This document shows, in pieces, positions 8,614-17,820 of a DNA stretch of 48,392 nucleotides. The stretch spans positions 1-48,392 of the forward strand of contig JAPPIP010000102.1 of assembly GCA_028820595.1 (NCBI GenBank). The letters run 5' to 3'. The DNA is from Nitrososphaerota archaeon. Its GTDB lineage: Archaea > Thermoproteota > Nitrososphaeria > Nitrososphaerales > Nitrosopumilaceae. The number at the start of each line of letters is the position of its first letter. The stretch's first letter is position 1. Below the pieces are notes generated by a model. That model made no database searches. It was given only the letters and a program-made list of their open reading frames with translations, and was not told the origin of the DNA. The position numbers were made by a program, and so were the translations under genes.

Positions 8614-9345
8614 ATGCGGACAGTCGGAGTCTCTGTTCCGGACGCCATAAGGGAGATCATAACAAGGAACCGCTCCGTATACGACTGCATGAGGATGGAC
8701 CTGATCAACTATACGGCGCTGGCGGTGAGGATCCAGCCCGAGGTGGAGCGCATGCTCGGCGGCCCCGTCAACCTGAACACGATCGTGGTGGCCATCAAGA
8801 GGTACGCGGACCGGCTCTCGGTCCGGGAGGACGCAGCCAGGGGGGAGGAGTCCGTGCTGAAGAACGCAAGGGTGGTGCTGACTGACGGGATGATGGACAT
8901 CAGGTTTTCAGCAGAGGAGTTTGACAGGCTGGGCGGGGCGCCCGAGATGCTTGCAAAGTTTGCAAAGATGGGCGGCAACTACGAGTTTTTCAGGCTGTCG
9001 GACTCGTTTAGGTTCCTTGCCGAGGACATGGAGGACGTAAGGGAGATGTTCAGGGGCATGCTCAGGAAGGAGTCAACGGCCGGGGGCCGGGGAGACTACG
9101 AGGAGGAAGATAGGATGTTCAGCACGGGCTTGGCCAAGATCAGGATCGTGCCGCCCTCCGCCGCGCGGGCCGGAAGCGGCCCGTCTGACATTGTGTCCCA
9201 CGTGGCCGAGATACTGCATGCGGCGGGAATAGAGATCGTCAACGCGTATTTCGGCCAGGACGGCATCACGGTCGTGCTGAGAGAGAAGGATGCAGCGCGC
9301 GCGTACGAGGTTCTGCGCGCCGGCGCGTCCCGGGCGAGAATATAG
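8614..9345 (+). CDS. ACT-domain protein with N-terminal HTH-like region (putative regulator)
   Basis: INYTALA..VNLNTIVVAIKRY N-terminus; C-terminal ACT pattern (AEILHAAGIEIVNAY..ITVVL..DAARAYEVL). Confidence 0.75.
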   Translation: MRTVGVSVPDAIREIITRNRSVYDCMRMDLINYTALAVRIQPEVERMLGGPVNLNTIVVAIKRYADRLSVREDAARGEESVLKNARVVLTDGMMDIRFSAEEFDRLGGAPEMLAKFAKMGGNYEFFRLSDSFRFLAEDMEDVREMFRGMLRKESTAGGRGDYEEEDRMFSTGLAKIRIVPPSAARAGSGPSDIVSHVAEILHAAGIEIVNAYFGQDGITVVLREKDAARAYEVLRAGASRARI

Positions 9346-9363
9346 ATTCACACAGCATATATT

Positions 9364-10830
9364 GTGACCGCGGACGCGGGGCGCTGCTTGGTGTCTGACA
9401 GCGGCGGCGGCATCGGAGACAACGGGCGCGGGGCCGCCAAACCCAGAAAAAGAATAGTGATTGCCGGCGGCGGCTTTGCCGGCGTCGCGTGCGCGCGCCA
9501 GCTAGAGTCCGAGCTCGGCGACGATCCCGACATCGATCTGGTCATGATAAACGAGGACAACTTTCTGCTCTTTACGCCCATGCTACCCCAGGTCGTGTCG
9601 GGGATGATCGAGACCAGGCACATCGTTACGCCCATACGGACCATCTGCAAGAGGGCGCGCTTCTTTGAGGGCAGGGTAAGGGGCATCGACCCGTACGCGA
9701 AGACCATAACCGTGTGGGGAGGGGGCGATGCCGGGCGCCTGACCATACATTACGACTTTGCGGTGGTGGCGCTCGGAAGCGAGGCCAACTTCTTTGGGAT
9801 GCCCGACGTCGAGAGGAACGCCTTTACGATGAAGACGCTCAACGACGCGGCCGAGCTCAGAAACAGGGTGATTGACATGCTTGAGAGGGCCGAGAACGAG
9901 GCGGATCCCGCGCTGCGCAGGCGCCTGCTGAACTTCGTGGTGGTCGGGGCGGGCTTTGCAGGCATCGAGACCGCGGGGGAGCTTATGGACCTGCTTCACG
10001 ACGCGCACAAGCACTATCGCTCCGTAGGGAAGGACGACGTAAGGGTCGTGATACTGGAGGCGCTGCAGGAGATACTTCCCGGGTTCGACAAGGATCTGGC
10101 CGCATTTGCAAAGAGACGGATGGAGGAGAGGGGGATAGAGTTCAGGCTGCAGTCCGCCGTAAGGGCGTTTGACGGGGAGGAGATAACGGTGAAGAGGCTG
10201 GCGGGGGACGGAAATGGCGGCAACGGCGGCGGAGTGCCTAGGGGGGAGGAGAACGGCAACGGCGGCGATGATGACGATGAGGTGATAATGTCAAAAACCC
10301 TGATCTGGACGGCGGGCGTCACGCCCGTCGACATGATCAAGAGGGCCATGCTAAAGACGGAGAAGGGAAAGGTCATAGTGGACGACTACCTGGAAGTGCC
10401 CGAGTTTCCGGGGGTCTTTGCAGTCGGGGACTGCGCGCTGTTCGTAGAACCGGACACGGGCAGGCCCGTCCCGCCCACCGCGCAGTTGGCAGAGGCCCAA
10501 GGCAAGACGGCCGCCAAGAACCTGGTTGCGTTGATAAGAAACCGCGAAAAGGAGAGATTTGAATTCAAGCCCAGAGGCCAGATGGCCGTCATAGGCAAGA
10601 GGTCCGCGATCGCGTCCGTGTTTGGCGTGAATATGTCCGGGTTCTGGGCCTGGCTCATATGGAAGGGCGTCTACCTCTCAAAGATCTCGTCGGGGGAGAA
10701 GAAGAGCAGGGTGCTGCTTGACTGGGTGATCGACCTCTTCTTTAGCAGGGACATATCCAGGCTAAAGCTGGCAAGGCGCGGGGCCGAAAAGGATTACAGG
10801 GTGCTGGACGAGGTGGACGACATGTGGTGA
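9364..10830 (+). CDS. ndh: type II NADH:quinone oxidoreductase (FAD-dependent)
   Basis: Two Rossmann motifs (GGGFAG, GAGFAGIE), FTPML, IWTAGV, FAVGD, PPTAQLA; start may be slightly downstream. Confidence 0.88.
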   Translation: MTADAGRCLVSDSGGGIGDNGRGAAKPRKRIVIAGGGFAGVACARQLESELGDDPDIDLVMINEDNFLLFTPMLPQVVSGMIETRHIVTPIRTICKRARFFEGRVRGIDPYAKTITVWGGGDAGRLTIHYDFAVVALGSEANFFGMPDVERNAFTMKTLNDAAELRNRVIDMLERAENEADPALRRRLLNFVVVGAGFAGIETAGELMDLLHDAHKHYRSVGKDDVRVVILEALQEILPGFDKDLAAFAKRRMEERGIEFRLQSAVRAFDGEEITVKRLAGDGNGGNGGGVPRGEENGNGGDDDDEVIMSKTLIWTAGVTPVDMIKRAMLKTEKGKVIVDDYLEVPEFPGVFAVGDCALFVEPDTGRPVPPTAQLAEAQGKTAAKNLVALIRNREKERFEFKPRGQMAVIGKRSAIASVFGVNMSGFWAWLIWKGVYLSKISSGEKKSRVLLDWVIDLFFSRDISRLKLARRGAEKDYRVLDEVDDMW

Positions 10831-10862
10831 CGGGGCCGCGCGCGTTACAAGGGGCGGCCGCA

Positions 10863-12539
10863 CTACGGCGCCATGCGGCGCAGCCTCCTCACGGTTACAA
10901 TGACCGCCGCGGAGGGCGCCGCGACGTACAGTCCGGCGTTGAGCAGGATGACAGCAGAGCCGTACGCGATTACGTCCAAGTCCGAGCCCGCCTCCGCCGC
11001 GCCCAGTATGGAGAGCGAGGATATCATGGGCGTGATGAACGCCCTTACCGCATCCCTGAACGCGGGATGTTCGCGCTCGAGGTCCGCCACGGCGGGCGAG
11101 AATGAATAGTATACGGCATTGAATCCAGACATGAACGCCGCGCCGGAGCTGGTGGACATGACGGTGCCGTCCCTCAGTTCGCGCATGGACTGTATCTGGG
11201 GCTCAAGTTCGGAGCCAAACGCCGCAGTCGCGACAAGGCACCCCCCGCCCTCAGGGTCGGCCGGGGCGGCATCGGACTGTTCCTGCGGCGGCGGTGATGA
11301 ATCGGCCGGGGTCGGGTCGGCCGGGTCGATAGTCGGCGGCGCTTCCTCCTTTACCGCAAACGTCTCCAGCATCCTCTGATAATGCGGCATCATGTCATCA
11401 AACCTTTCGGGGATGTTGGCGTATGACAGGGTATAGTACTGCCCGTCCCCGTACACGATGGTCTCAATGAGCGAGACCTTGGCGGTCACGTTGTTCAGTG
11501 TTATGGTCTCGGTCACCCGCATGGCGTGGGCCGGCAGGCCCGCCACTACGGTCGGCTCCTGCTCAAACGTCGCAAAGTCCTCGGCGCTCAGCACCTCACG
11601 GATCTCCGCCGTTCGGTCACTGACTAGCTGCTCCAGCGTGGACTGGCCCGCGTCGTTCACAAACACGTAGATCTGTGGGGTTCCCCCGGCGGCCCGCGGC
11701 CCCACCGCAACGACGTCGGGCACGTCGGGATCCGAACGCCCCGGTTCCTGCAAGAGCCAGCCGGCGGGAGCTACAAACATGATGCCAAGGCGGGAGCTGT
11801 CGTAGATCTGCTCGCCGGAGTCGGTGGGGGCAAGTGGGTCCTGCGCCGGCTGCTGCGGAACAGGCGGCGGAACCGGCTCGTCGGGCAGCGACGCAATGGT
11901 GGAGCGGTCCGCCATGCGTATGCTCTGGATTCTCACGGACTCGGGGTCGACGGGCCTGTCCTGGGCTCCCGTCTCCGTTGCCGCGATGGCGTCGAGTGTC
12001 TCGAAGCTCTGCTCCGTTACGATCCTCCCAAACACGGTGTACTGCCCGTCAAGAAAGTTAGAGTTCTGGTGGACTATGAAGAACTGCGACCCGGCGCTGT
12101 TAGGGTCCTGGCTCCTTGCCATCGAGACTATGCCGCGGTCGTGCGGTATGTCGTTGAACTCGGCGTCCACGGAGTGCGGGGGGCCTCCGATCCCCCACGT
12201 GCTGGGGTCGCCATCGACCGTGTTGGGATCCCCGCCCTGTATCATAAACCCGGGTATGATCCTGTGAAACAGCGTGCCGTCATAAAAGCCGGACTCTGCC
12301 AGGGTGACAAAGTTGGACACGTGGTTGGGGGCTGCTGCTGGAAAGAATTCAATTATGATCGTGCCCATCTGCGTCTCCAGTACCGCCACCCTGCCGTCGG
12401 CCTCCGCAACCTGGGCGTAGGCCTCCGCAGTGGCCTCTGCAAAAGGCAGTGCCGACGGCGCATGCAGCAGCGCCAAGCAGCAGACGGCAGCCAAAGCGGC
12501 GCACGCGACAGGCGCCCGTAAAATTCCAGTATTTTTCAT
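10863..12539 (-). CDS. secreted cyclophilin-type peptidyl-prolyl isomerase with central domain and CFI-box-CTERM-like tail
   Basis: FYDGTLFHRIIPGFMIQGGDP, SMAR..PNSAGSQFFI; C-terminal GGGCLVATAAFGSE..RELRD plus TM; signal peptide. Confidence 0.9.
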   Translation of the reverse strand: MKNTGILRAPVACAALAAVCCLALLHAPSALPFAEATAEAYAQVAEADGRVAVLETQMGTIIIEFFPAAAPNHVSNFVTLAESGFYDGTLFHRIIPGFMIQGGDPNTVDGDPSTWGIGGPPHSVDAEFNDIPHDRGIVSMARSQDPNSAGSQFFIVHQNSNFLDGQYTVFGRIVTEQSFETLDAIAATETGAQDRPVDPESVRIQSIRMADRSTIASLPDEPVPPPVPQQPAQDPLAPTDSGEQIYDSSRLGIMFVAPAGWLLQEPGRSDPDVPDVVAVGPRAAGGTPQIYVFVNDAGQSTLEQLVSDRTAEIREVLSAEDFATFEQEPTVVAGLPAHAMRVTETITLNNVTAKVSLIETIVYGDGQYYTLSYANIPERFDDMMPHYQRMLETFAVKEEAPPTIDPADPTPADSSPPPQEQSDAAPADPEGGGCLVATAAFGSELEPQIQSMRELRDGTVMSTSSGAAFMSGFNAVYYSFSPAVADLEREHPAFRDAVRAFITPMISSLSILGAAEAGSDLDVIAYGSAVILLNAGLYVAAPSAAVIVTVRRLRRMAP

Positions 12540-12655
12540 GTACAACAACGGATCGACACCCGCCTACATAAAAGCCGTTGTCTGGCGGCGGCTACGGCAA
12601 AAACCACGGCAGACGCCGCACTCTATTTATAAAAAGCCAGAGTTCCTGCCAAAGC

Positions 12656-13150
12656 ATGGGTCCCGACGAGAAGATTCACGCGCACCTGGTCTCGATATGG
12701 AGGGAGTCGCAGGGGCTCTTCGCACTGGGGGGCAAGGAGGGGATGCTCTTTCTTACCGACAGACACATTGCGTTTGTACACAAGACGGGGGCCAGCATGA
12801 ACTGGTGGAAGGCGATAACGCAGAGGCAGGTTGTAAAGTTCATCAGGTCGAAAAACACCATGATCCGACACGACGGCTACGGCGAGGACGACCTGGCCGA
12901 CGACCTGGCCGACGACAGGAACGTGGAGGTTCCGTACGAGGATGTCGTGGGGATCAGCAGCGGGGAGAAGGCGTGGGGCAGCGTCCTGCACCTAGAATAC
13001 CGCGCCGGCGACAAAAGGGAGAAGCACCAGTACTCTGTCGCGCAGGACTGGGTCAAGTACCCCGCAAAGGAGCCCACCAAGTACATGAAGGTAGACTGGG
13101 AGCCGTTTGTGGAGTTTGCAAACAAGAGGCGGCGGCAGCTGGCGACGTAG
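12656..13150 (+). CDS. hypothetical protein (PH-like fold suspected)
   Basis: G.LFLTDRHIAF motif; TTTATAAAAA at 12626-12635. Confidence 0.65.
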   Translation: MGPDEKIHAHLVSIWRESQGLFALGGKEGMLFLTDRHIAFVHKTGASMNWWKAITQRQVVKFIRSKNTMIRHDGYGEDDLADDLADDRNVEVPYEDVVGISSGEKAWGSVLHLEYRAGDKREKHQYSVAQDWVKYPAKEPTKYMKVDWEPFVEFANKRRRQLAT

Positions 13151-13156
13151 GGGGGT

Positions 13157-13969
13157 GTGGTCGCCGTGGCAGAGGGACGCGTTTATGCGGTGGGCGTGGG
13201 GCCGGGATCGCCAAGGTATCTGACCGCCATAGCGGAGGAGATCATCAGGGGGTGCGACATCGTGGTGGGGTACGAATACACGCTCAGGACCATACGGCAC
13301 CTTCTGGGGCCCGGCAAAACGGTCCACACGGTCACGATGTCAAGCCAGGAGGGGGTGCTGCAGTCAGTCGCCGCCGAACTCAGGGCGGGCGCGGAGGAAA
13401 AGACGGTGGTGGTCCCGTTCACCGGCGACGCAAGCTTTTCAGAATCGGAGGTGGTCGACAGGCTCGCCGAGATATTTGGCGGCGTGCAGATAATACCCGG
13501 AATCAGCTCGGTGCAGGTGGCGGCCGCCATGGCGGGGGTGCCGCTTGACAAGTCAAGGGTCATTACCATGCACGTGACGTCTCCCATAGAGGGCAAAAAG
13601 GAGGAGATGCGCCAGGCGCTGGCGTCGGGGCTGAGCGTGGTTCTCATCCCGCGGCCCTGGCCCAAGAGGCCGGACAAGCACTTCATGCCGTCGGAAGTGG
13701 CGGCGCACCTCAGAGAGCACGGCTTTGACACAGGCGCCATGCGCGTGAGCGTCTTTGAATCCCTTACCACCGAGCAGCAGACCAGGTTTGACGGAGCCGT
13801 AAGTGAGCTTGAGGGCAGGGAGTTCTCCGACCTGTGCGTGGTGGTGTTCAACCAGTCAGAACCAGACTCTTACATGAACTACAGGTGGCAGTGGGACGGC
13901 GGCGGCTGCGGCGGGCATGGCAGCGATGGGGGCGGGCGGGGCGTCCCCGGGGGACAGGGGGACGCGTGA
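13157..13969 (+). CDS. cbiE: precorrin-6y/cobalt-precorrin-7 methyltransferase
   Basis: VGVGPGSP.YLT, TGDASFS, IIPGISSVQVAAA, E.L....E tetrapyrrole methylase motifs. Confidence 0.85.
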   Translation: MVAVAEGRVYAVGVGPGSPRYLTAIAEEIIRGCDIVVGYEYTLRTIRHLLGPGKTVHTVTMSSQEGVLQSVAAELRAGAEEKTVVVPFTGDASFSESEVVDRLAEIFGGVQIIPGISSVQVAAAMAGVPLDKSRVITMHVTSPIEGKKEEMRQALASGLSVVLIPRPWPKRPDKHFMPSEVAAHLREHGFDTGAMRVSVFESLTTEQQTRFDGAVSELEGREFSDLCVVVFNQSEPDSYMNYRWQWDGGGCGGHGSDGGGRGVPGGQGDA

Positions 13970-14009
13970 CGGAGCCTGCTGCTGCCGTTGCGGCCGGCTG
14001 CGGCGGCGG

Positions 14010-14540
14010 CTAGCGGAACCCCGCATCCAGAGACTCCTCTATCATAAAGAACTCTACGTAGCCGCCTGCCAGCAGGAGCGCCACCACGATGCCCGCCTCC
14101 AAGAGCAGCGGGCGGAGGTGCTCCGACAGGGCAGCCCTCCTTACAATCGTAATCGTCATCAGTACGCTCCTCGACATTGCCAGCGAGTACGCGCAGATCT
14201 CCATCAGCCCGAACGGTGTGAGGAACAGCACGGCCAGGGGCGACACCCCCTCAAGCTCCGGTATGCTGGTCTCCAAGGCCGCAAACACCAGCCCGGTGGA
14301 CCAAGCGGACAGGAACCCCCACGCCAGCCCGGCGCCCGGAACAAACATGAGCAGCGCGATCATGGTGTTGTGCAGAAATATCCCAAACGCGTCTATGTCC
14401 TCCACCAATGCCTCGAACTCGGACAGCAGCATCTCGGCCTCGGCGTCGGAAACGTCAGACGTGGTACCCAGCACGAACACGGCGGTAAAGGCGGCAAGCA
14501 GGGCAAGGAACGCCGCAATCCTGGCCGGGGTCCTCTCCAT
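14010..14540 (-). CDS. SpoIIM-like integral membrane protein
   Basis: IFLHN..IAL, P.G.MEI.AY, LL..G.VE motifs; multiple TMs. Confidence 0.75.
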   Translation of the reverse strand: MERTPARIAAFLALLAAFTAVFVLGTTSDVSDAEAEMLLSEFEALVEDIDAFGIFLHNTMIALLMFVPGAGLAWGFLSAWSTGLVFAALETSIPELEGVSPLAVLFLTPFGLMEICAYSLAMSRSVLMTITIVRRAALSEHLRPLLLEAGIVVALLLAGGYVEFFMIEESLDAGFR

Positions 14541-14657
14541 GGTTCGGCCCGGAGAGCTTTCTATTTGTTGTTTGGCAAAACGGCCGGAGGCGGCGGCACA
14601 ACGGCACGCCGCTCCGGCGGGGACAGATTAATTATCGGCGCCAGCAGTTATTCTGCA

Positions 14658-16085
14658 ATGGGGTGGGATCGCAAGGACGCGCTGGGGTATGCACTGAGCA
14701 GGGGCGTCCAGATAAGCCCCCGCGCCTTTGAGATCCTAAGGAGCGTCCCGTCGGACTCGCTTGAGGGCGTGGTCAAGGCAATGGTGCACGCGGCCAAAAG
14801 GGAGTCCAGGACCCAGATGACGGCAGACGATCTTGAGGAGCACCTGGGCCTCAGGGTGGACGCCGAGGTGGACGCGGACCTCAGGGTGCTGTCGGATCCC
14901 ACGGGGCACACCACCACGGCCGAGGGGGTCGACGGGTACGGCGCCCTCTTCGCCAGCAGGTATGAAAAGTTAAAGTCCATAATCGCTGCCAGGCCCGAGT
15001 CCAAAAAGGTCAAGTCCGTGGAGTCCGTCAGGAGATCGGGCGGCGTAAAGGACGACGAGGATGCCTACGTGGCGGGACTGATCAACGACAGGGAGGTCAG
15101 GGACAGCAGGGCCGAGATCCTCCTGGAGGATCCCTCGGGGGTGCTGTCCATACCCGTGTACAACGAGGAACTGCAGAAGGAGGCCGGCTCCCTGATGCGG
15201 GACCAGATGGCAATGGTGAGGCTGGGAAGGGGCAAGAGGGGCGTCTTTGCCAAGGAGATCATCCTGCCCGACACCCCGGCCCACGTGCCCAACAGGTCGG
15301 AGACGGGCGCCTGGGCGGCCCTGATCTCCGACCTTCACGTCGGCTCGAAATACTTCATGGAGGAGGAGTTCAGGGGGTTTGTGGGCTGGCTCTCGGAGGC
15401 GGACGCGGTCGCAAGGAACGTGCGGTTCGTCCTGATATGCGGCGACGTGGTCGACGGCGTGGGGATCTACAAGGACCAGGACAAGGAGTTGGAGATGGAC
15501 ACTGTCGAGGAGCAGCTGGGGCGCCTCGAGGAGATGCTTGCCGAGATACCGGAGCGCGTCAAGATCATAATATCCCCCGGAAACCACGACCCCGGAAGAA
15601 GGGCCCTGCCCCAGCCGGCAATACCAGAAAAGTACTGCCCGGGGCTGTGGCGCCGCGAGAACATAACCATGGTCGGAAACCCCGCCGTGGTCTCGCTCAA
15701 CGGCGTCAGGGTCCTGATGTTCCACGGGCAGTCGATCGACGACATAGTCAGGGTCACGCCGGGCCTCAGCTACGACGAGCCCATTGCGGTAATGGAGCTC
15801 CTGCTAAGGGCGCGGCACCTGAGCCCCATATACGGGGAGAGGACGCCCATCGCCCCCGAGCTTGAGGACTGGATGGTCATAGGGGACGACATCGACATAT
15901 TCCACGCGGGGCACGTGCACAGGTGGGCAGTCAGCAAGTACAGGGGCACCCTGCTCGTCAACTCGGGGGCCTGGCAGCGCCAGACGCCGTTCCAGGCCAG
16001 CGTCGGCATAGTGCCCAACCCGGGGATTGCCGCACTGGTCAACCTCAAGACGTACGAGCTCAAGAGCCAGAACTACAACGGATAG
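14658..16085 (+). CDS. polB: DNA polymerase D small (proofreading) subunit DP1
   Basis: OB fold plus calcineurin-like phosphoesterase motifs SDLHVGS, GDVVDG, PGNHD, HG, GHVH, NSG.WQ.QT; start at ATG 14658. Confidence 0.95.
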   Translation: MGWDRKDALGYALSRGVQISPRAFEILRSVPSDSLEGVVKAMVHAAKRESRTQMTADDLEEHLGLRVDAEVDADLRVLSDPTGHTTTAEGVDGYGALFASRYEKLKSIIAARPESKKVKSVESVRRSGGVKDDEDAYVAGLINDREVRDSRAEILLEDPSGVLSIPVYNEELQKEAGSLMRDQMAMVRLGRGKRGVFAKEIILPDTPAHVPNRSETGAWAALISDLHVGSKYFMEEEFRGFVGWLSEADAVARNVRFVLICGDVVDGVGIYKDQDKELEMDTVEEQLGRLEEMLAEIPERVKIIISPGNHDPGRRALPQPAIPEKYCPGLWRRENITMVGNPAVVSLNGVRVLMFHGQSIDDIVRVTPGLSYDEPIAVMELLLRARHLSPIYGERTPIAPELEDWMVIGDDIDIFHAGHVHRWAVSKYRGTLLVNSGAWQRQTPFQASVGIVPNPGIAALVNLKTYELKSQNYNG

Positions 16086-16089
16086 CGGA

Positions 16090-17313
16090 TCAGAGCAGCC
16101 CCTGCAGGGCCAGATCCCCGGCAAACGCCTTTTTCACCGTCTGGGGCGAGACCGTCAGCCTGTGCTTCTTGGTCCTGCCGTGCACGCCCCGGCTTGCCAC
16201 CCTGCCGGATACGATGCCAGACAGCTCTATCTCGCTCAGCATCTGTGTCACGCGGCGCTGCGTGAGCGGGCCTGCCGCCACGTCCCTGCACAGGGACTTG
16301 TAGTGCGAGTAGACCTCGCCGGTGGAGCTGGCCTCGCTCCTCATTATCGCGAGTATCAGCAGTTTCTCGTGGAGTGGGTACGACTGCAGCACGGTCATCT
16401 CCTTGTCCTCCTCCATCTTCTTTGAGGCCTCCCTTACGTGCTCGACCGTTACGGTCTGGCCGTCGGTGCCGCTGCCGCCTGCCGCCCTCTCGGCAATCTC
16501 GCCTGCAATTCGCAGCAGGTCTATCGCCCGCCTTGCGTCGCCGTGCTCCGAGCCCGACAGGGCCGCGCACAGGTTCAGCGCCGGCTCCTCCACCGCGCCG
16601 GGGGCAAAGGCCGCCGCGACCCTCTCCTCCAGTATCTTCCTGATCTGCTCCGTGGTATAGGTGGTAAAGACTGCCTCCTCGTCGGCCAGCCTGCTTATTA
16701 CGCGCGGATCAAGGTTCTCCTTGAACGAGAGGTTGTTTGATATGCCCACTATGGTAAGGGTGCCGCGGTCCAGCCTCGTGTTGGCGCTGGTCAGCTGGTA
16801 CAGGATGTCCTTGCCCGTCCTGCCCACAAGCTGCGCCAGGTGGTCGATCTCGTCTATCACGAACACGACGTTCAGCCCGCGCCCGTCGACCTCTTCGAGT
16901 ATCCGCTTGAATACCTCCCCTATGGCCAGCCCCGTAACGGGCAGCCTCTTCTGGTCCATCCCGAGCTGCTTGCCCAAGCTCACAAGCAGCCCGCCCAGCG
17001 TCGTCTCATCCTTTGCGTTGGAGTAGACGAGGCGTATCGGGAACTCGGAGTCTGCCGCGCGTGTCTGGATCTGGGATATCACCTTGCGGACCACGAGCGT
17101 CTTGCCCGTCCCCGGCTTGCCGTACACGAGCAGGTTGGAGGGCCTCGAACCCTTTAGTATCGGGATCAGCACCTGAGCCACGGCCTTCTGCTCCCCGTCC
17201 CTGTGCAGTACCAGATCCGGCATGTGCGCGGAATGTAGCACGGCCCTGTCCACGATTATGGACCTGCCGCCTGCAACTGCATCAAGGAGGCTGTCAACCG
17301 GATCACCTGCCAT
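16090..17313 (-). CDS. cdc6: Orc1/Cdc6 replication initiator
   Basis: Walker A GKPGTGKT, Walker B VIDEID, LDPRVISRL, GDARRAIDLLR, C-terminal wH (RG..GRT); start at ATG 17313. Confidence 0.97.
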   Translation of the reverse strand: MAGDPVDSLLDAVAGGRSIIVDRAVLHSAHMPDLVLHRDGEQKAVAQVLIPILKGSRPSNLLVYGKPGTGKTLVVRKVISQIQTRAADSEFPIRLVYSNAKDETTLGGLLVSLGKQLGMDQKRLPVTGLAIGEVFKRILEEVDGRGLNVVFVIDEIDHLAQLVGRTGKDILYQLTSANTRLDRGTLTIVGISNNLSFKENLDPRVISRLADEEAVFTTYTTEQIRKILEERVAAAFAPGAVEEPALNLCAALSGSEHGDARRAIDLLRIAGEIAERAAGGSGTDGQTVTVEHVREASKKMEEDKEMTVLQSYPLHEKLLILAIMRSEASSTGEVYSHYKSLCRDVAAGPLTQRRVTQMLSEIELSGIVSGRVASRGVHGRTKKHRLTVSPQTVKKAFAGDLALQGLL

Positions 17314-17376
17314 GTTGGTTCCACTCACACACCATGATTTCCACTCCAGCATATAACATACCGTATACGGCCCGGT

Positions 17377-17411
17377 GTGCAGTGCAGTGCAGTGCAGTGT
17401 AGTGTGATGTA
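17377..17411 (+). repeat. (GTGCA)4 pentamer microsatellite with degenerate extension
   Basis: GTGCA x4, then GTGTA, GTGTG, ATGTA. Confidence 0.85.
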
Positions 17412-17571
17412 GTATGTAAGCTCCTTTTTGAAAAATTTTAGAAGGTGTGGAGTGGAAATGAGGGTGTGTGGGTCTGCTGGCCGGTAGTGGAACTGGCAGG
17501 GGGTCGGCGGCGGTTCCTGCATGCCCGTTCACAACTGTTAGCGTGCTGTTAAGGTGCTGCCAAAAGGGGTC

Positions 17572-17660
17572 GGAATCGACCCCTTCATTTCCACTCCAAG
17601 CGTCAAGATCCACCTTAACACTGTCAACATACTGGAATCGACCCCTTCATTTCCACTCCA
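17572..17660 (+). repeat. two exact 27-bp direct repeats GGAATCGACCCCTTCATTTCCACTCCA (ORBs)
   Basis: 17572-17598 and 17634-17660; partial GGAATCGACCC at 17666-17676. Confidence 0.95.
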
Positions 17661-17820
17661 GTCATGGAATCGACCCACCCCGGCCCACACCCCGGTCCCA
17701 GAGTGTTAGGATCCGCCCTTCTGGCTAGGCACGGGCTAGGCGTGCCAGCTTAACACACACGTTACTTAACACATACCGTATGCGCATGCTAATATACTGA
17801 TATTGTGAGCAATGCTTTGC

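Larger units (their letters stand above)
17319..17781. other. replication origin (oriC) with ORB elements
   Basis: ORB core (T)GGAGTGGAAATGA(A)GGG(G)T on plus at 17448-17465, with a weaker copy at 17486-17505; on minus within the exact 27-bp repeats 17572-17598 and 17634-17660; partial copies at 17319 and 17337; directly upstream of cdc6. Confidence 0.9.

Noticed and set aside
17314..17613. N-terminal extension of Cdc6 in the ORF track; similar extensions on TFB, DP1, HEPN, HsdM and the glycosyltransferase
   Set aside because: Read-through of origin DNA or neighbouring genes in a stop-poor GC-rich genome; family homology starts at the downstream start codons
17572..17680. 27-bp direct repeats with a 35-bp spacer, CRISPR-like geometry
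   Set aside because: Only two full copies, no cas genes, and the sequence is the ORB consensus next to cdc6
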